From assembly GCA_950097015.1 (NCBI GenBank), contig CATNEN010000003.1, positions 5,704,001 through 5,768,000 of the forward strand: a DNA stretch of 64,000 nt. Direction: 5' to 3'. The position numbers and the translations under genes are program-made. The DNA comes from Macrostomum hystrix (taxonomy: Eukaryota; Animalia; Platyhelminthes). A model generated the notes under the pieces. The model did not search any database. It was not told where the DNA came from and worked only from the letters and a program-made list of their open reading frames with translations. The stretch's first letter is position 1, and each line of letters starts with the position of its first letter. Positions 26,111 to 39,500 of this stretch are shown here, piece by piece.

Positions 26111-29100
26111 ATGACAGTTCGGCGCGACAGTCGAGACGCTGGCTATGCATGGGTTGTGCTCAGCGCCTCGTTGCTAGTTCAATTCCTCGTCATGGGATTA
26201 ACACTGTCCATTGGCGTGCTGTACGTGGAATGGCAGGATTTTTTCAACAAGGACGCTCTGGTGTCTTGGATTGCTTCCATGAGCAATAGTCTGGTGTTCG
26301 TCTTCGGTGAGCTGGTCCATCATATATCGATGCGACTTGATGAGAACACGAATTTTCCGCGTATTTTCTTATGAGATTTTCCGATGTAACTTTCGGGCAT
26401 CATCTCTCCCCTGTCTCATCTCTACCATGTATCATCTCTGCCCTGTGTTATCTCTCCCCTGTCTCATCTCCCCTGTCTCATCTCTGCCCTGTGTCATCTC
26501 TCCCTATCTCATCTCTCCCCTGTCTCATCTCTCCCTATCTCATCTCTCCCCTGTCTCATCTCCCCTGTGTCATCTCTCCCCATGCAGCCTCATTTCTTCC
26601 GTGTCAATTCTTTCACAGTCGATGCGCTCAGCTTTTATCTTTTCAGTTATATTTTTGGCCTGCAATGATCATGGTATATACAATTGTTACTTTAGACCCT
26701 TGGTGAAGTTTTTTAGTTAAAAAAACATGAATGTTTTCGTGCATCGCTACCGTATAACACTTGCAAATATTTCAGGACCCCTGTCAACATTTCTTGCGTC
26801 GCTATTCGGCTGTCGGCCAGTGATCTTCGCCGGTAGCCTCGTATCAACAACCGGAATGGTGTTAAGCTTCTTTGCCACTGAGCCTTACCAGCTCATTCTG
26901 TCCTACGGTGTACTAGTAGGTGGGTAAATGTTAACCATGAGTCTTCGATTTCACAGGCGAAGTCAGATTGTTTCTCTGCACGAAGTATCACCGACCACGC
27001 GTAGGCGAGGAGTGTGAGTGGCAAAGCGGTCTAACCCCGTTTGCCTCTCGTACCAAGGTCCCTGAGCTCGATTCCGCGGCGAGGCCACATTCAATTGGGG
27101 CGCAGTCACGGAGAGAAGGCTTGGGGGCTTGTCGTGCAATTTACGCCCTTGAGGGCCAACCTCCAAGGCACAGTGAGAGTGTACACTGCCTGACGATGAG
27201 AAGTCAGGGTACACACCTGTGTGCTTGTATGCCATGTGGCAATGTGCCATGGGCCGCAGCGCTCCATTATTATTAACCGCACAGGCATTGGCAGCAGCCT
27301 GATGTACATCCCGGCGGTGACAACTGTGCCGGAATGGTTTGCCAAGTACAAGAACATGGCCGCTGGCATCTCGGTGATAGGAGCCAGCGTTGGCAGCATC
27401 TGCTATCCTCCGCTGCTCACCGCGGTCATTGCTGAGTACACCTGGCGTGGCGGTATGCTCATTTTGGCTGGCTTGCACCTGCAGGTGGCTTTTCTGGCCA
27501 CCCTTCTGCGCGACGGCGACTTTGCCGCAGATGACGCCGAAAACAAAAACGTCGACAGTGAAGCTTCATTGAAGACTGGCGAAAATCCCGATGCCGAAGC
27601 GATGGCGCAGGAGCGTGCCCAGTCGGCGGTGTCTATGTCGGTGTCGAGTTTGCCCAGGACCCCGGCAGCGCCTCCGATAGAGAAAAAGCGGAAACGCAGC
27701 ATCTGGGCCAAACGGCGTAGGTCCATTCGAGGCATGACGCTCATCCAGTTCCAGTCCTCAGCCTCGGGAGCGAACCGGCGCCGGGGTACGGTGGCGATCG
27801 GGCTCACACCAGGCCAGATTGATCGCCTGCGCAGAATGATGCAGGACAATGCGGCATTTCAGGCCGAAGAAGCCTCATCAGCGGAAGAGGAGGAAGTGGA
27901 GGAAGCTGGACAGGGCGGTGAGGTTGCTACCAGAAGCGACTCAGTCATCAGGTAAACGGGGCTTAGATTAATTCATCGTTGAGTTCGCTAGCTTTGTGTG
28001 CCTTGGCTAGCAAGGTACCTTCTTGGTTTTTGAAGAAAGTCGAGTGACAGAGCGGTTAACGCGTTTGCCTCTCGCACCACGGTCCCTAAGCTCGATTCCA
28101 CGGCGAGGCCACATTCATTTGGGGCGCAGCCGCGGAGAGAAGGCTTGAGGACTTGTCATGCAATTTACGCCCTTGAGGGCCAACCTCCAAAGCACAGAGA
28201 GTGTACACTGCCCGACGATAAGAAAGTCAGGGCAGATGTACACACCCTTTGTGTGAGTGTGTACTCAGGAGTCATCGAAATGCGCAGAATTGCCTCCTCG
28301 CTGGCCTGTGTCGCCAAATGATGTGCGACTGCACGCTGCCCTGCTGCAATTACTATTATTTTATCAAGTCCTACGATTTCTTTTCAATTGCAGTGTAAGC
28401 GGCATGAACTCAGCCAGGGAGCAGAAAAGGCGGCGAATTGCAGCAGCAGCAGCAGCAGAAGATGCGGTTGACAAAGAATCGGAAGGCCGAAAATCGTCAG
28501 TTGCAGTGGTCGAAGATGCTGAGACAAACGAATCAGCACCCAGCTGCGAATGCATCGGAGTGGAACTGCTGAAGCATCCCAGCTTCTACGCATTTTTAGT
28601 TGCCGACATGTTTTGGAACATTGGCATGTTCATGATGTACAGCGTTGGGCCTGATTTCGCCGTATCCAGCGGCGTCAGTAAAGAGAACGCCGCCCTGTTA
28701 GTAACAATGGCTAGCGCGTGCGGCACCGTTGGCCAGTTGCTGATTGGTCCAATCGACGCCTGTTGGCACCCGAATACGCTACTTCTGTTCACCATCAGTG
28801 TCTTCGGCACAGCTCCGTTCATTCTCCTATACGCTCTGGCTGGACAAAGCTTTGCCTTATTGAGCGTCTGGATGTCCCTCTACGGACTTTGGTCGGGACT
28901 GCAGAACGGCGTACTGCCAGTGGTGCACAGTGACTACTATGAGAGCAGTGGGATTCTGGTAATTGATCTTAACAAGAACAGGCGTGCTGGCCTATTTTTT
29001 AAATATACTTTTAACCTTAAACAGATAAATTTCTTTCTCGAGCCAAAAAATGATAGATAATATAAAATACTGCAAGCAAAGTTGGGCAGACTGAGACTTA

Positions 29101-30066
29101 GCTCGTATACAACTTACACAAAACCAGACAAACTTTGGATTGTGACGAGACGCATTTAACCTAGTGCCTCGTCTCTGAACAATTTTCGGTTAGGCTTAAG
29201 TTTAAAAAATAGATAAAATAGAATAGATAAAAATAAGAATAATCATCTGCTCATCATTTGGTGACACTAGACCCGCAGCCAGCGAGGAGGCAATTCTGCC
29301 CATTTCACTGACTCTTCTATTTCAATGGCGCACACACACAGATACCGTACGCAGGCACTCGCTCGCACAGGCGTGTACATCTGTCCTGACTTTCTCATCG
29401 TCAGGCAGTGTACACTCTCACTGTGCCATGGATGTTGGCCCTCAAGGGCGTAAATTGCACGTCAAGCCCCCAAGCCTTCTCCGAAATTCGACCCAAATAA
29501 ATGTGGCCTCGCCGCGGAATCGAGCTCAGGGACCTTGATGCGAGAGGCAAACGCGTTAGACCGCCCTTCCAACGGCCCCCCAAAGATACCTAAAATATTC
29601 ACTTGTTTTGCAGGGCTCGGCTTTCGGTTACGTTATGCTCGCTGACGGTCTCGGCGGTCTCGTGGCTCCCCTTCTGGCAGCTCGCATCAACACGTCGTCT
29701 GGTAGCTACAACCCGGCCTTCTACACTGGCGCAGCCACTTCTTTCACCGCCGCCCTCATCTGCCTGGTTGTCTACCTGATTGATCGTCGGCGACGTCAGG
29801 GCGGCTGCTGTCAGAGTTGCCGCGGCGATCGCATCGACATCATGATGATCAACGAGTCGGACGGAGTCAACGATGGCGACGCTGAGGGCGAGGTCGTGCT
29901 AACGCGAGATCGCTACGGCGAGGTGGTCGTATTCTCCGTCATGTCGACTTCAGCCTCCGCTCCGGTGAAGGACGGCGTGGCTCAGACCGAGCTAAGCCAG
30001 GCCAACATGTCCGCGCAGCTGAGACTGGAGTTCAGCAAGCACCGGTGGAGACGGAGAAGATGCTAG
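26111..30066 (+). CDS. SLC16/monocarboxylate-transporter family MFS protein; exons 26111-26306, 26776-26919, 27285-27951, 28394-28958, 29614-30066
   Basis: DAGYAWVV (MCT DGGWGW-like), FGCRPV, WFAKYKNMAAGI, YTWRGGMLILAGL. 6+6 hydrophobic segments with a long central loop. Confidence 0.88.
26400..26582. repeat. About 16 bp minisatellite (tctcatctctcccctg)
   Basis: Tandem copies visible. Confidence 0.88.
27005..27275 (+). mobile_element. SINE family A (internally deleted), MCT intron 2
   Basis: tRNA-like head (tggcaaagcgg...gctcgattcc), shared body, ATT tail. Confidence 0.8.
28040..28360 (+). mobile_element. SINE family A, MCT intron 3
   Basis: Near full-length match to the other copies. Confidence 0.82.
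29240..29570 (-). mobile_element. SINE family A, MCT intron 4
   Basis: Reverse-complement match to the other copies. Confidence 0.8.
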
Positions 30067-32567
30067 ATGGCTGAAGAGCAGATGTCAATGTGACTAAATT
30101 ATTAAAAGTAGGACTACCATGCCATTTTGCCGCCCGTTTTTAAACCAAGGGGGATTTCCCAGAATTTTTTGACAGCGCTGGAATTTTAACAGCATTGGGT
30201 GGTGACTGACTGGTTGACGGACTAGGCGAGGGTATCCTGTGGTTGAGCTGCGCCTAATATTTAGGCTTGATCAGTGAAATTGGAGAAGTTCGCGTCAGGG
30301 TGTCCATAGTGGCCATTTTTCATCTGTTGCAGCCCTTGAAAGTCCAGCAGTCCGTCTAGATAAATTAGGTGACGACCGAAGACGGAGATGATGCAGGCAC
30401 ATTCGGGTGACATGCTGATAAATTTTGAAGGCCTGGCAAGGCCGCACTGAGGCGCAGTGCTAATTCGCGTAAATGGGTTTCTGAAATACATTAGTGCCTA
30501 TGGAAAAAATCAAGCCTTCGGCTAGAACCATTGATTATTTCGACGGTCTAGAGAGCTTGTGACTTGATTATTGTTTCATGCTCATCTAGACCTCTCTGCG
30601 AATTGATCTTCTTCTATGTGGCAAAGAACAAAACTTATATTCACAACTTATTGTGAAACAAGCTTTTTTAATATCTGTGGCTGTGTGTATTTTGCTACTA
30701 CCACGGATTTTATATCACTATCGTATATTACTAGTACGACGTAAAATACTACTACTACTCAAAGTAATGAAGATAAAGAATGAATGAAACTCAGTGTCAG
30801 AGCCCGAGTGTTAATTTATAATGAATGAGTAAACGGATTGCATGTACTCTTTGTACTTTTATATTTTACGCTGTGAGGTCACAATAAGTTGGAGCCCTGC
30901 TGCGTAGAGAAGACTTGATGATTGATTAAACACAATATGATTGGAAGATACTCGTGATGAAAACTCTCAAACTAAATGTAATCGTCACGTTGTAAAACTT
31001 CGCTTCACTGCTGATAGTCAATCAACAAATCTGATCGGAACTTGGGGTCGAGAGCAGCTCTCCCATGATGCCAGGTGGAGCACCAGACCCACGACAGCTA
31101 AACCCCAACAAATGGCTGCTGATTAAGGCTTTCTTGAGCATAAGACTCACGCCGGGAAGCTCAATTTTTGGCCTCATTAGCGAAAGTGCCCGGTTCCGCC
31201 CTTCTTCTGTAATAACTAATGCTGATCTCAGCTTACTTAATCTAGCAACAGATCCGGCTACTTAACTTAACTTAGCTCAGACAAAAGCAATTAGGAAAAA
31301 AGACACACACGGAGAGAGCTATTCAGTCTGAGATTCAAATGGTCCAGAGCTAGTATCAGATTTCATGCTGATGAAAGAATATGCAATGCCGAGACAGCCG
31401 TATCGCTGCGTAAAGCCTTGCTACATTGATTATTAGATTCCAGGAGAAAATGTGAAATATGCGAGGAAGGAGATTGAGAGAGATTGAGTGGGAGAATGGC
31501 AGCTTTGTCTGATACCAGGGAGTAGAGGTGGATGTGCAAGGACACGGATGGGTCTGGGAGATGTGCACAGAGTGGGTGGAACTGTACGGGCACGGGAACA
31601 AGGGCGATCAATGCTTCAGAATTCGGCATATTTAACATTGCCCCTTCATTGAGCACCTCTACCTGATTCACCTAACCTAGTTGTCATCTAATGTCCTTCC
31701 CCTTTGCCCTTCGCTACCAATGAAGTGTGAAATTGATCCCGAAATGCTCAGTCCCATTGCTGACTACTGAGCAAGCAGTTTTAGGCTCTAGATAAGCATG
31801 CAGTCTACGATTTGGTAAAGGGTAAAATTAGCTCAATCAATGGCAGTTTTAAGTTTCATAACTGCTAGCTTATTGCACCGCGCGATGGGTGTAGCATGCA
31901 TGGGAAGGTCGAAAATTTAGGTTTCACGCTTGGATTCTTTCGATCAATGCTTTTATAACTACTGTGGATGCGTCTTCGAGGTTTTGATTTTTTCAAAGTC
32001 GATTCTAAGCATTTTTTTAAAAAGTGTCTCTAAAATGTACTTTTAGTCCATGGTACAGGCTATTGGCTTTAAAATACAGTTAAAAGCTTTCGGAACCGCA
32101 AAAAAGATAAAAATAACCGATAGGACAGCAGTGTTATGAATTTTGGTTTCAGTTTGTTGCAGTTTTAAATAGCTGGCTTTTAACAGCTAGCTGACAGATT
32201 TTCTTTCTACAAATTGACAACGATTTGTTTTACTAGACAGGTGCTCGCCGACAATGTTTTTGTGAAAAATTGACAGTAGTACAACATTGCCAACAATATT
32301 TATAGATGCTTATTATTTGAACATAATCAACAGTAATTCATAGTGTGTTGGTTTTGTTAACCTCGTGTGCTCAATTTTTCGGTCAGTGAGACCTGTGCTG
32401 TTCGATCATTATATAGCTGGATTTAAACTATAAAATAGCTTCAAGAAATGTTTTTTTGTATCTTCTACAACCAGACACTGTAATTCTTAGCCAAAATACT
32501 CGCGAAGATTTATTGGTTTAAAAAAATAATGATTCAGTTCAGACGAGACAAAATCAAACAATTCAAT

Positions 32568-33126
32568 ACCAAGGAACTCTAGAAGAAGTAGGACGAGAAG
32601 CTTCGTTTCTTGGAAAATTAATTAAAGGCAGATTTTCACGGAAAAAATGAACTATCGGGATAAGAAAAGAGGATAGCTTTTTTAATAAAGTTATATAAAC
32701 GAAAATAAGAAAAGGATAGTAATAATAAAAATAATAATAATAACATACTTCAATTATTGATTATAATATAAAAACACATTTAAATTATAATTAAAATATT
32801 TTTTTCATTTATATAGTATAAGTAACAATATTATTAAACCGATAAATAAGATAAGATGCACAGATAAATAAACGAAAATTAAATGAAGATCATGAATTAT
32901 TCATAAATAAAGCTTTCTTAAATTCGTTGATGCAAAATGTTTTTGCAGGATATATAGAAAACAACAGCCGTTGGATTTGCGACCAATAAAAAGTTCCCAA
33001 CATTTTAATGTGAAAAACAACTTACAAATTTCCTATCTCGCTAGGGCATTTTTTCGTGAAAATCTGCCTTCAATAACTTTCTCAAGAAACGAAGTGTCCC
33101 ATCCTTCTTCTTCTAGTGGTTCTTGT
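32568..33126. mobile_element. MITE-like element: about 100 bp imperfect terminal inverted repeats around an AT-rich core
   Basis: ctagaagaag..cttcgtttcttg..aaggcagattttcacg.aaaaaatg (32579-32649) is mirrored by its reverse complement at about 33047-33116. Confidence 0.7.
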
Positions 33127-33555
33127 TCAATACATCAAGCCTTGTTAATACACTCGTCATTGAACTAGCGTAAGCTAGGGCGATAAAATGAAATATGAAG
33201 CTGTGACGGATGACAGCGGCTAGGTAATTCAAGGTGCCATGCAACTATAGGTGACTGACTGTGAAGCTAATAAGAAAAATTCAGAAATGAAAATGTTTCT
33301 GGCTGAGTGGTTTCGTATTTCGGCTTAATTTGCGCCAAAAATAGGATTATCTGCCAATCAACGCGTTTAGAATTGAAATACATAAATAAAAGTGCAAACC
33401 ATGACTGCCTCTATAGAGCCTACTATTATAAAATATTGAGTTATTGAGTTATTGAGTTATCTACGAGTTATCTCATATAGTTCAGTAATTCATGAGTAAA
33501 GCATTGTCAAAAGTTCAAATAATGAGCATATTCATTAATCAGGTCTAATTTTAGA

Positions 33556-36500
33556 CTAGCTGTTATTGAGGTCAAAATAATGAGCCCTTCCGGCATTGTT
33601 AGATGACTGCGAAATCTGCTGCTGCTGCTGCGGGTGATGATGTCGTCGCGCCGATCTACCAAAGAAGGCCTGATTTTCAAAAGTAATCGGCGCCACTCCA
33701 GAAAGCGCAGCTGCTGTTGCCGAAGATGACGACGATGCCAGAAGGCGGTCGGACTCATTGGGCGAAGGCGGAGCTGCCTCCTGGGAGCCGTAGTAGACGG
33801 CGGCCGAGGCCAATGGCGAAGCGACAGCTGTCTTTGCAAAGTGCGGCGAGTTGGCAAGGCCTGAAGACGGCGGCTGCGGATGATGGTGCTGCAATCGGGA
33901 GGCTGGGTAATACGCCGACTGGTAGGCGTGCCCAATATTCTGCATCTGTTGCTGCTGCTGCTGTTGCAGATTGTGCAGTTGCTGCTCGAGCGAACTGATT
34001 TTAGCCAGTTCCTGCAACAGCAGGTCGTTTCCTCTAATCGAATCGCTACCGACGCCGGCACTGAGGCTCCTGCCGAGGAATGCATCAGCTCTAAATGAGC
34101 TGCTTGCCGTTTGGTCATCGAAATGGCAATCTCCATAGTCGAACACAGGATAGATCCTGGCCTCGAAGCTGGATGCGTCTACGCCGGGGCCCGGGTGATA
34201 ATCGTAGGAGTAGCAGCCACCGCTCGGACAGCGAGACCGTCCACCAGTGGACGACACCTGCCTGCTGATGCTGCTTCCGGATAAGCGCTGTGACTGGGGT
34301 CCGTTCTGCCTGGACATCGGCAGCGGCAAAGACTGCTCGTCCTGATAGTGCGGCTGCTGATGGACCAACGGAGCCGCGAAGGGATCCAGCGGGGTTGAAA
34401 ATGCGTGCTGCCTCGACTGGCGCCAGTCTGGAGACGATGGCGTAGGACCTGGGATTGGATCTGAACTAGCCGCTATTGTCTCTGTTGATTTGTCAGCCTT
34501 TGCAATAGCTGCCATCGCGGTAGGTGCTCCATTACGATCTGTTTCAGTCAGTGTTCTGACTTGGACCTCCTGGAAGGCGAAGTTTTCCGCATGGCTTTAA
34601 TATTCAACTGTCTGGGCAGCAATCTTACATAGGATAGAATGACTTCATAGAACCTGAAATACTATGAGAGGCACAGCTGTTGCGCAGCGCATCTGAATGC
34701 TGTGTACAGCTGTTCAGTCCATGGACAGGTGAGGTCGGCTCACCAACCTAAATCTCTACCACATCTAAGTGTGCTGGTACCCATTTCATAGCTGCGTGAA
34801 CTTCGGTGAGAATTGCCAGCTCAAGCCACTGGGCTACAAGTTCTCTTTTTCATTGTATACAGGATCCCCTCACTAAAGCACTTGGCTGATGCTGAAGCCC
34901 CAACAAAGTCTTCGAGAAATAATAATAACCTATAGCCCATCAGGCTACATTTGAAGACCCATATTTGTGTTATGCTTTTTTTCGCTAGACGCACTCAAAG
35001 GCTTCAAGCAATCGTGATTTATGACCGATTGAAATCAAGTCTAGATAATATTGGAGTCGAATGCTAAACGACTCATTCAAGAGTCAAGTAGCAACTTAAG
35101 AAAGTATTTCATTAGCTCAAATGAACTGCGACACTCGACCCCTGAGCATAAATCATCCCTCAAAATACTGGTAGGGCACTAGTATGCCCAGTAATCTCGA
35201 AAACTAATTTCAGCACTAGGAATTTGGGGAGGCGGTGGGATAGTCCCGCGGGACTCCCGAGGAGCGTCGAGCGAACCGGGGGCCAACTTGCCTTGTGCTC
35301 CACCGATCGGCTAGCCAGACGCTTCTTGAAGTTCAACTGGTCGAGGCGCCGGCGTCTGAAATAATAATATTGGGCGGAGGGCCGCGTTGGGATTAGGGCG
35401 CGAAGAATGCTGGCATTCGCGGTCGGCATTCCAATGCCATGTACAATGCCACTTGGGAAATGGGAACTGGTTGAAGGAAGCACTCTGCGACTCTGGGCGG
35501 GCTTTGGTAATTGCTCCGAGCAGCTGTGCTTCACAGACAGCCTCTCTCGCCAATCTTGGGGTGGTGGGCTGGCGCAGCTCAGATTGATTCGTCTAAAGTG
35601 CAAATATGCGGCAGTCCAAGGCTTCTGCCGCAGTAGACTTAGTTGCAATGGTGATTATGAGAGTGGCGATGCTGAGGTCGGGTGAGAGGAGGGTTTTAAC
35701 AAACCGGCACGCAAGCTGTCCAAACAGTGGTGTGTTTTATAGCACTACGGGCTGCCCCCCTCCGATATGTTTGCTCTGTCATCACCCCGGGAAATTGGGA
35801 AATTCGGTTGGGAAAATAGGGGAGCAGAGGAGGCTAGAGTCCAGCCCGAAAAGGCCTGCAAAATATGGGAAATTGTGACGAGACGCTCATCATTGCCAAA
35901 TGTCACAAGCAGAATGACCTAGTCTAAGCTATAAATAATATTCATACATGCATACGAGCCATCACAGTATAGAAAGGCTTAATTTCCTTTGCTGGTAACT
36001 GTACATGCCTATTGTTCGCTCGTCTCTATAGGGGAAATCACGATGGTTGCCAAAGCATCGTTAAATAACATGGACAAGTCTTGACAAGCTCTGATTGTGA
36101 CAGCACGACCAGGTCGATTTGACATCACTCACATCCAAGTACTTTTTTTAACCATCGAGGGCTTAAAAAACAAATTCGTTACGTTTTTAAGTTACCCCGT
36201 AAGTTTTTAATTTCTATTTATCAAAATCTTACATGTGCGAAGCATATCAACTCACCTAGCCAAGTACCAAGACAGCACAAGGATACCGAGGATGACAGTC
36301 ACCGCGACACCGAGGGTTGCCGCCGTCAGTACCCGGTCAATGGCACGACTCACCTGGCTTTCTAGAAAGGCTGCGTGTGGAAGGGACGTGAGTTGGCTGA
36401 CAATGTTATTTATTTACTGTCCTTTCGATGGGTTTTTACATCCTACATCGCGCTGTTGTTACATCCTACATCGGGCTGCTGTTACATCCTACATCGGGCT

Positions 36501-39500
36501 GTTGTTACATCCTACATCGGGCTGTTGTTACATCCTACATCGGGCTGCTGTTACATCCTACATCGGGCTGTTGTTACATCCTATATAGGGCTGCTGTTAC
36601 ATCCTACATCGGGCTGTTGTTACATCCTATATAGGGCTGCTGTTACATCCTATATAGGGCTGTTGTTACATCCTATATAGGGCTGCTGTTACATCCTATA
36701 TAGGGCTGTTGTTACATCCTATATAGGGCTGCTGTTACATCCTATATAGGGCTGCTGTTACATCCTATACAGGGCTGTTGTTACATCCTATATAGGGCTG
36801 CTGTTACATCATACATCGGGCTGTTGTTACATCCTACATCGGGCTTTTTTGGTAGATAAGCAACTGTTCGCAAGACTGATGGCTAAAGCCGTGCTATTAT
36901 CGCGCGCAATGAATAGAGCTCAAATTTTTTCTATAGTCACGTGCGTGAAGCATCAACATCTGGAGCACTACTGTCTCATCTATAATGATCTGTAGGTAAG
37001 TATAAAGGAAGGCCTAAAAAATGGAGATGCTCAGCTTATGTATGCATCGCCCAGATCGATACAAGCGATAGAGAACAGGCGACTTTTTCGTGACAGGAAT
37101 GGATAAGCGCAACAAGCTTAGTTCGAGTACAAAGTGGGCGGGTTGTCATCCTACACAATTGAGGATGGAGCGAGTCTCATTTACAGTATTGACAGGTAAG
37201 AAAAAATTTAATGCTTGTCGAAAGTAATAGAGAAAATAGAGATATTCAGAACGGTCCTAAATACACTAGAGGCTATAATATATCATTCGTATTAGTTTTA
37301 AATCATGCTGAGCGTATTTTGAATTTGTTTTATCTGTTACCAGACATTATAATTTCTATTTTTTATCTACTCTTCAATGAATTGGCAAATGTATGATGAA
37401 AACGTAGTTATGTAGTTCAATGCAATGTACTCGTACAATCATTTCTGTGAGCGTATATTACCAACAGGTATGTTTAGAGATCTTTTTAGCTTTGTAACAA
37501 AAAACTACATCAAACCGATCAATTGTTGAGGCTTGTTGCTATGCGATACAAAACTCTCTTTTATCTTTTTGATCCCGTCAAAGTTGTCGGATGCAAAATT
37601 GTCCTTGCTATGCTCTACCGTCGCTTAGCATCAAACACGAGTCGCTTACTTACTTTACTTTCCTATCGTATCTGAAGCGGAATCCAGCTCAGGACCTTGG
37701 TCGAAATCGTTACATTTCCGCCAGTCAGACGCCCTCATCATACTCGTACACAGATAAAATACAATAATTTGTATTAAAAAACTCATTTTTACCAACTCTC
37801 TTTGTTGCATAAACTGCACCAATTTAATAATTATCCAACCCATTCACAGTTGGATTAGGAATGGTTAGGCAATAGCTGCTATGACTGACAGGAAATCAAT
37901 GCACTCCTTTGTTCCAGTCCCTCCTCAGTCTCTTACACAGACTCTCTACCAATGTCTATTCCATCCCGGACGCATGCAAAGCAGCCTGCATTAAGCAACT
38001 TCCTCACGCCTGGGCCATTGGGGAGAAGCAGCGATGTCTTGACTTGGTGTGGGATGTAGTCTCAACAGTGCGTAACAATGAGCTACACAGGTAGTTCTAT
38101 AAACGAAAGAGAAATTGTTAAATTGTAAAGACAGAAAATTCTAAAAAAGTAAAAAGAAAATTTAATGCGAGGTAGAAATACCACACATCCTTCACAACAC
38201 CAAGAGAGAGTGTACACAATAGTTGCTTTGACAACGAAAGAGGCTTAAAATGTGAGAATACTCTGCCAAGAGTGCCCTCTTAAAAGCCATTAGCACTAAA
38301 CTAGATCTCATTCTATGAACAGCCCGCATCGACTGGCTGAATGGTGGGGAAAAGTGCAAATATTTTGACACCGGAAATGCGTAAATTTACTGTGGAACTC
38401 CAGGCATTTGTCCGATGTTTGGTTTGACACTGATAGACATCTGAAAAGGCGCGGTGTGAAGCGAAACACAGCACTGTCATCTCCTTTGTGTAAGTACTTG
38501 TCCGCTTTGTGAAAACCTGTCAATTGCTTTGAGATTCAAGTCATAAGATTAATACGAAGTTTTATTACTTTCGAAAATATAACAATTGAAATTCAATAAA
38601 ACAGTATTCTAAATAATTTATTTTAGGAGTGTATGGTATCGAAAATGGTCAATGTCATACGCAGCACAAATACTTGCATTGTTAGAAAACACTATTAGTG
38701 CCTAGTAGTGAGATCATATTGCAACAATGTTCAATTATGTGATGAGAAATAATAGAGAAAGCCTGAGAATGACAATGAGTTGTTAGAAAGCATTCAATTC
38801 AAATTTTCCAGCTTTTAGTCTCTCTAGATTTAAAAGAGTTTGTTAAGCTGGTCTATTGTTGGCACACCTAATAATATTCTGGCAGCGGCCTCCAATACAT
38901 AAGTCGTTAAATAAACTAAAACGTTTCGTAATCATTTATCAAACTTTTCACAAATTCGACCAGTGAAGTTGCTTGGACACCTGCAAATTGCAACAGTTTT
39001 TAAACCACCGATTTATATGCTGTCATCATTCCATCTGCAGTTCAGTCCATGGACAGGGGAAATATGAAACAGGATACTGAAAGGTGTCGCAAGGGGCAAC
39101 GGGCCGGAGTATGCCGACCCCCGGGGCAACAAGCTCATCAGGACTTTGAACTTGCTAATTTAAAACCGTTTCCTGATAATTCTTGACAGAAATGATTTTT
39201 ATTTCTAGTCGATTCTAACATACGGAAGCTTAATTTGCTTTTTGATGAGATAATTGGATAGTCATGACACAGAGGCGACTTACACGCAATGCGGACTGCC
39301 ATCCCAGGTATTGATGATGCAAGTCCCGCCGTTCATGCAGTGAGTCTCGTTTGATGCGTCGCACACATACGCTGGCATTTCGAGCTCTGCAAGGAGACAA
39401 AGGGTAAGGTGCAAGATTTACACCTGGTGCAGTATGTATCTAAGAAAGGTGAGAGTTGCAGAGTGGTCTAACACGTTTGCCCCTCGCACCAAGGTCCCTG

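Noticed and set aside
30261-31671. Short ORFs and a perfect kB site (GGGGATTTCC 30150-30159) after the MCT gene
   Set aside because: No recognisable protein. The isolated motif has no evident target promoter.
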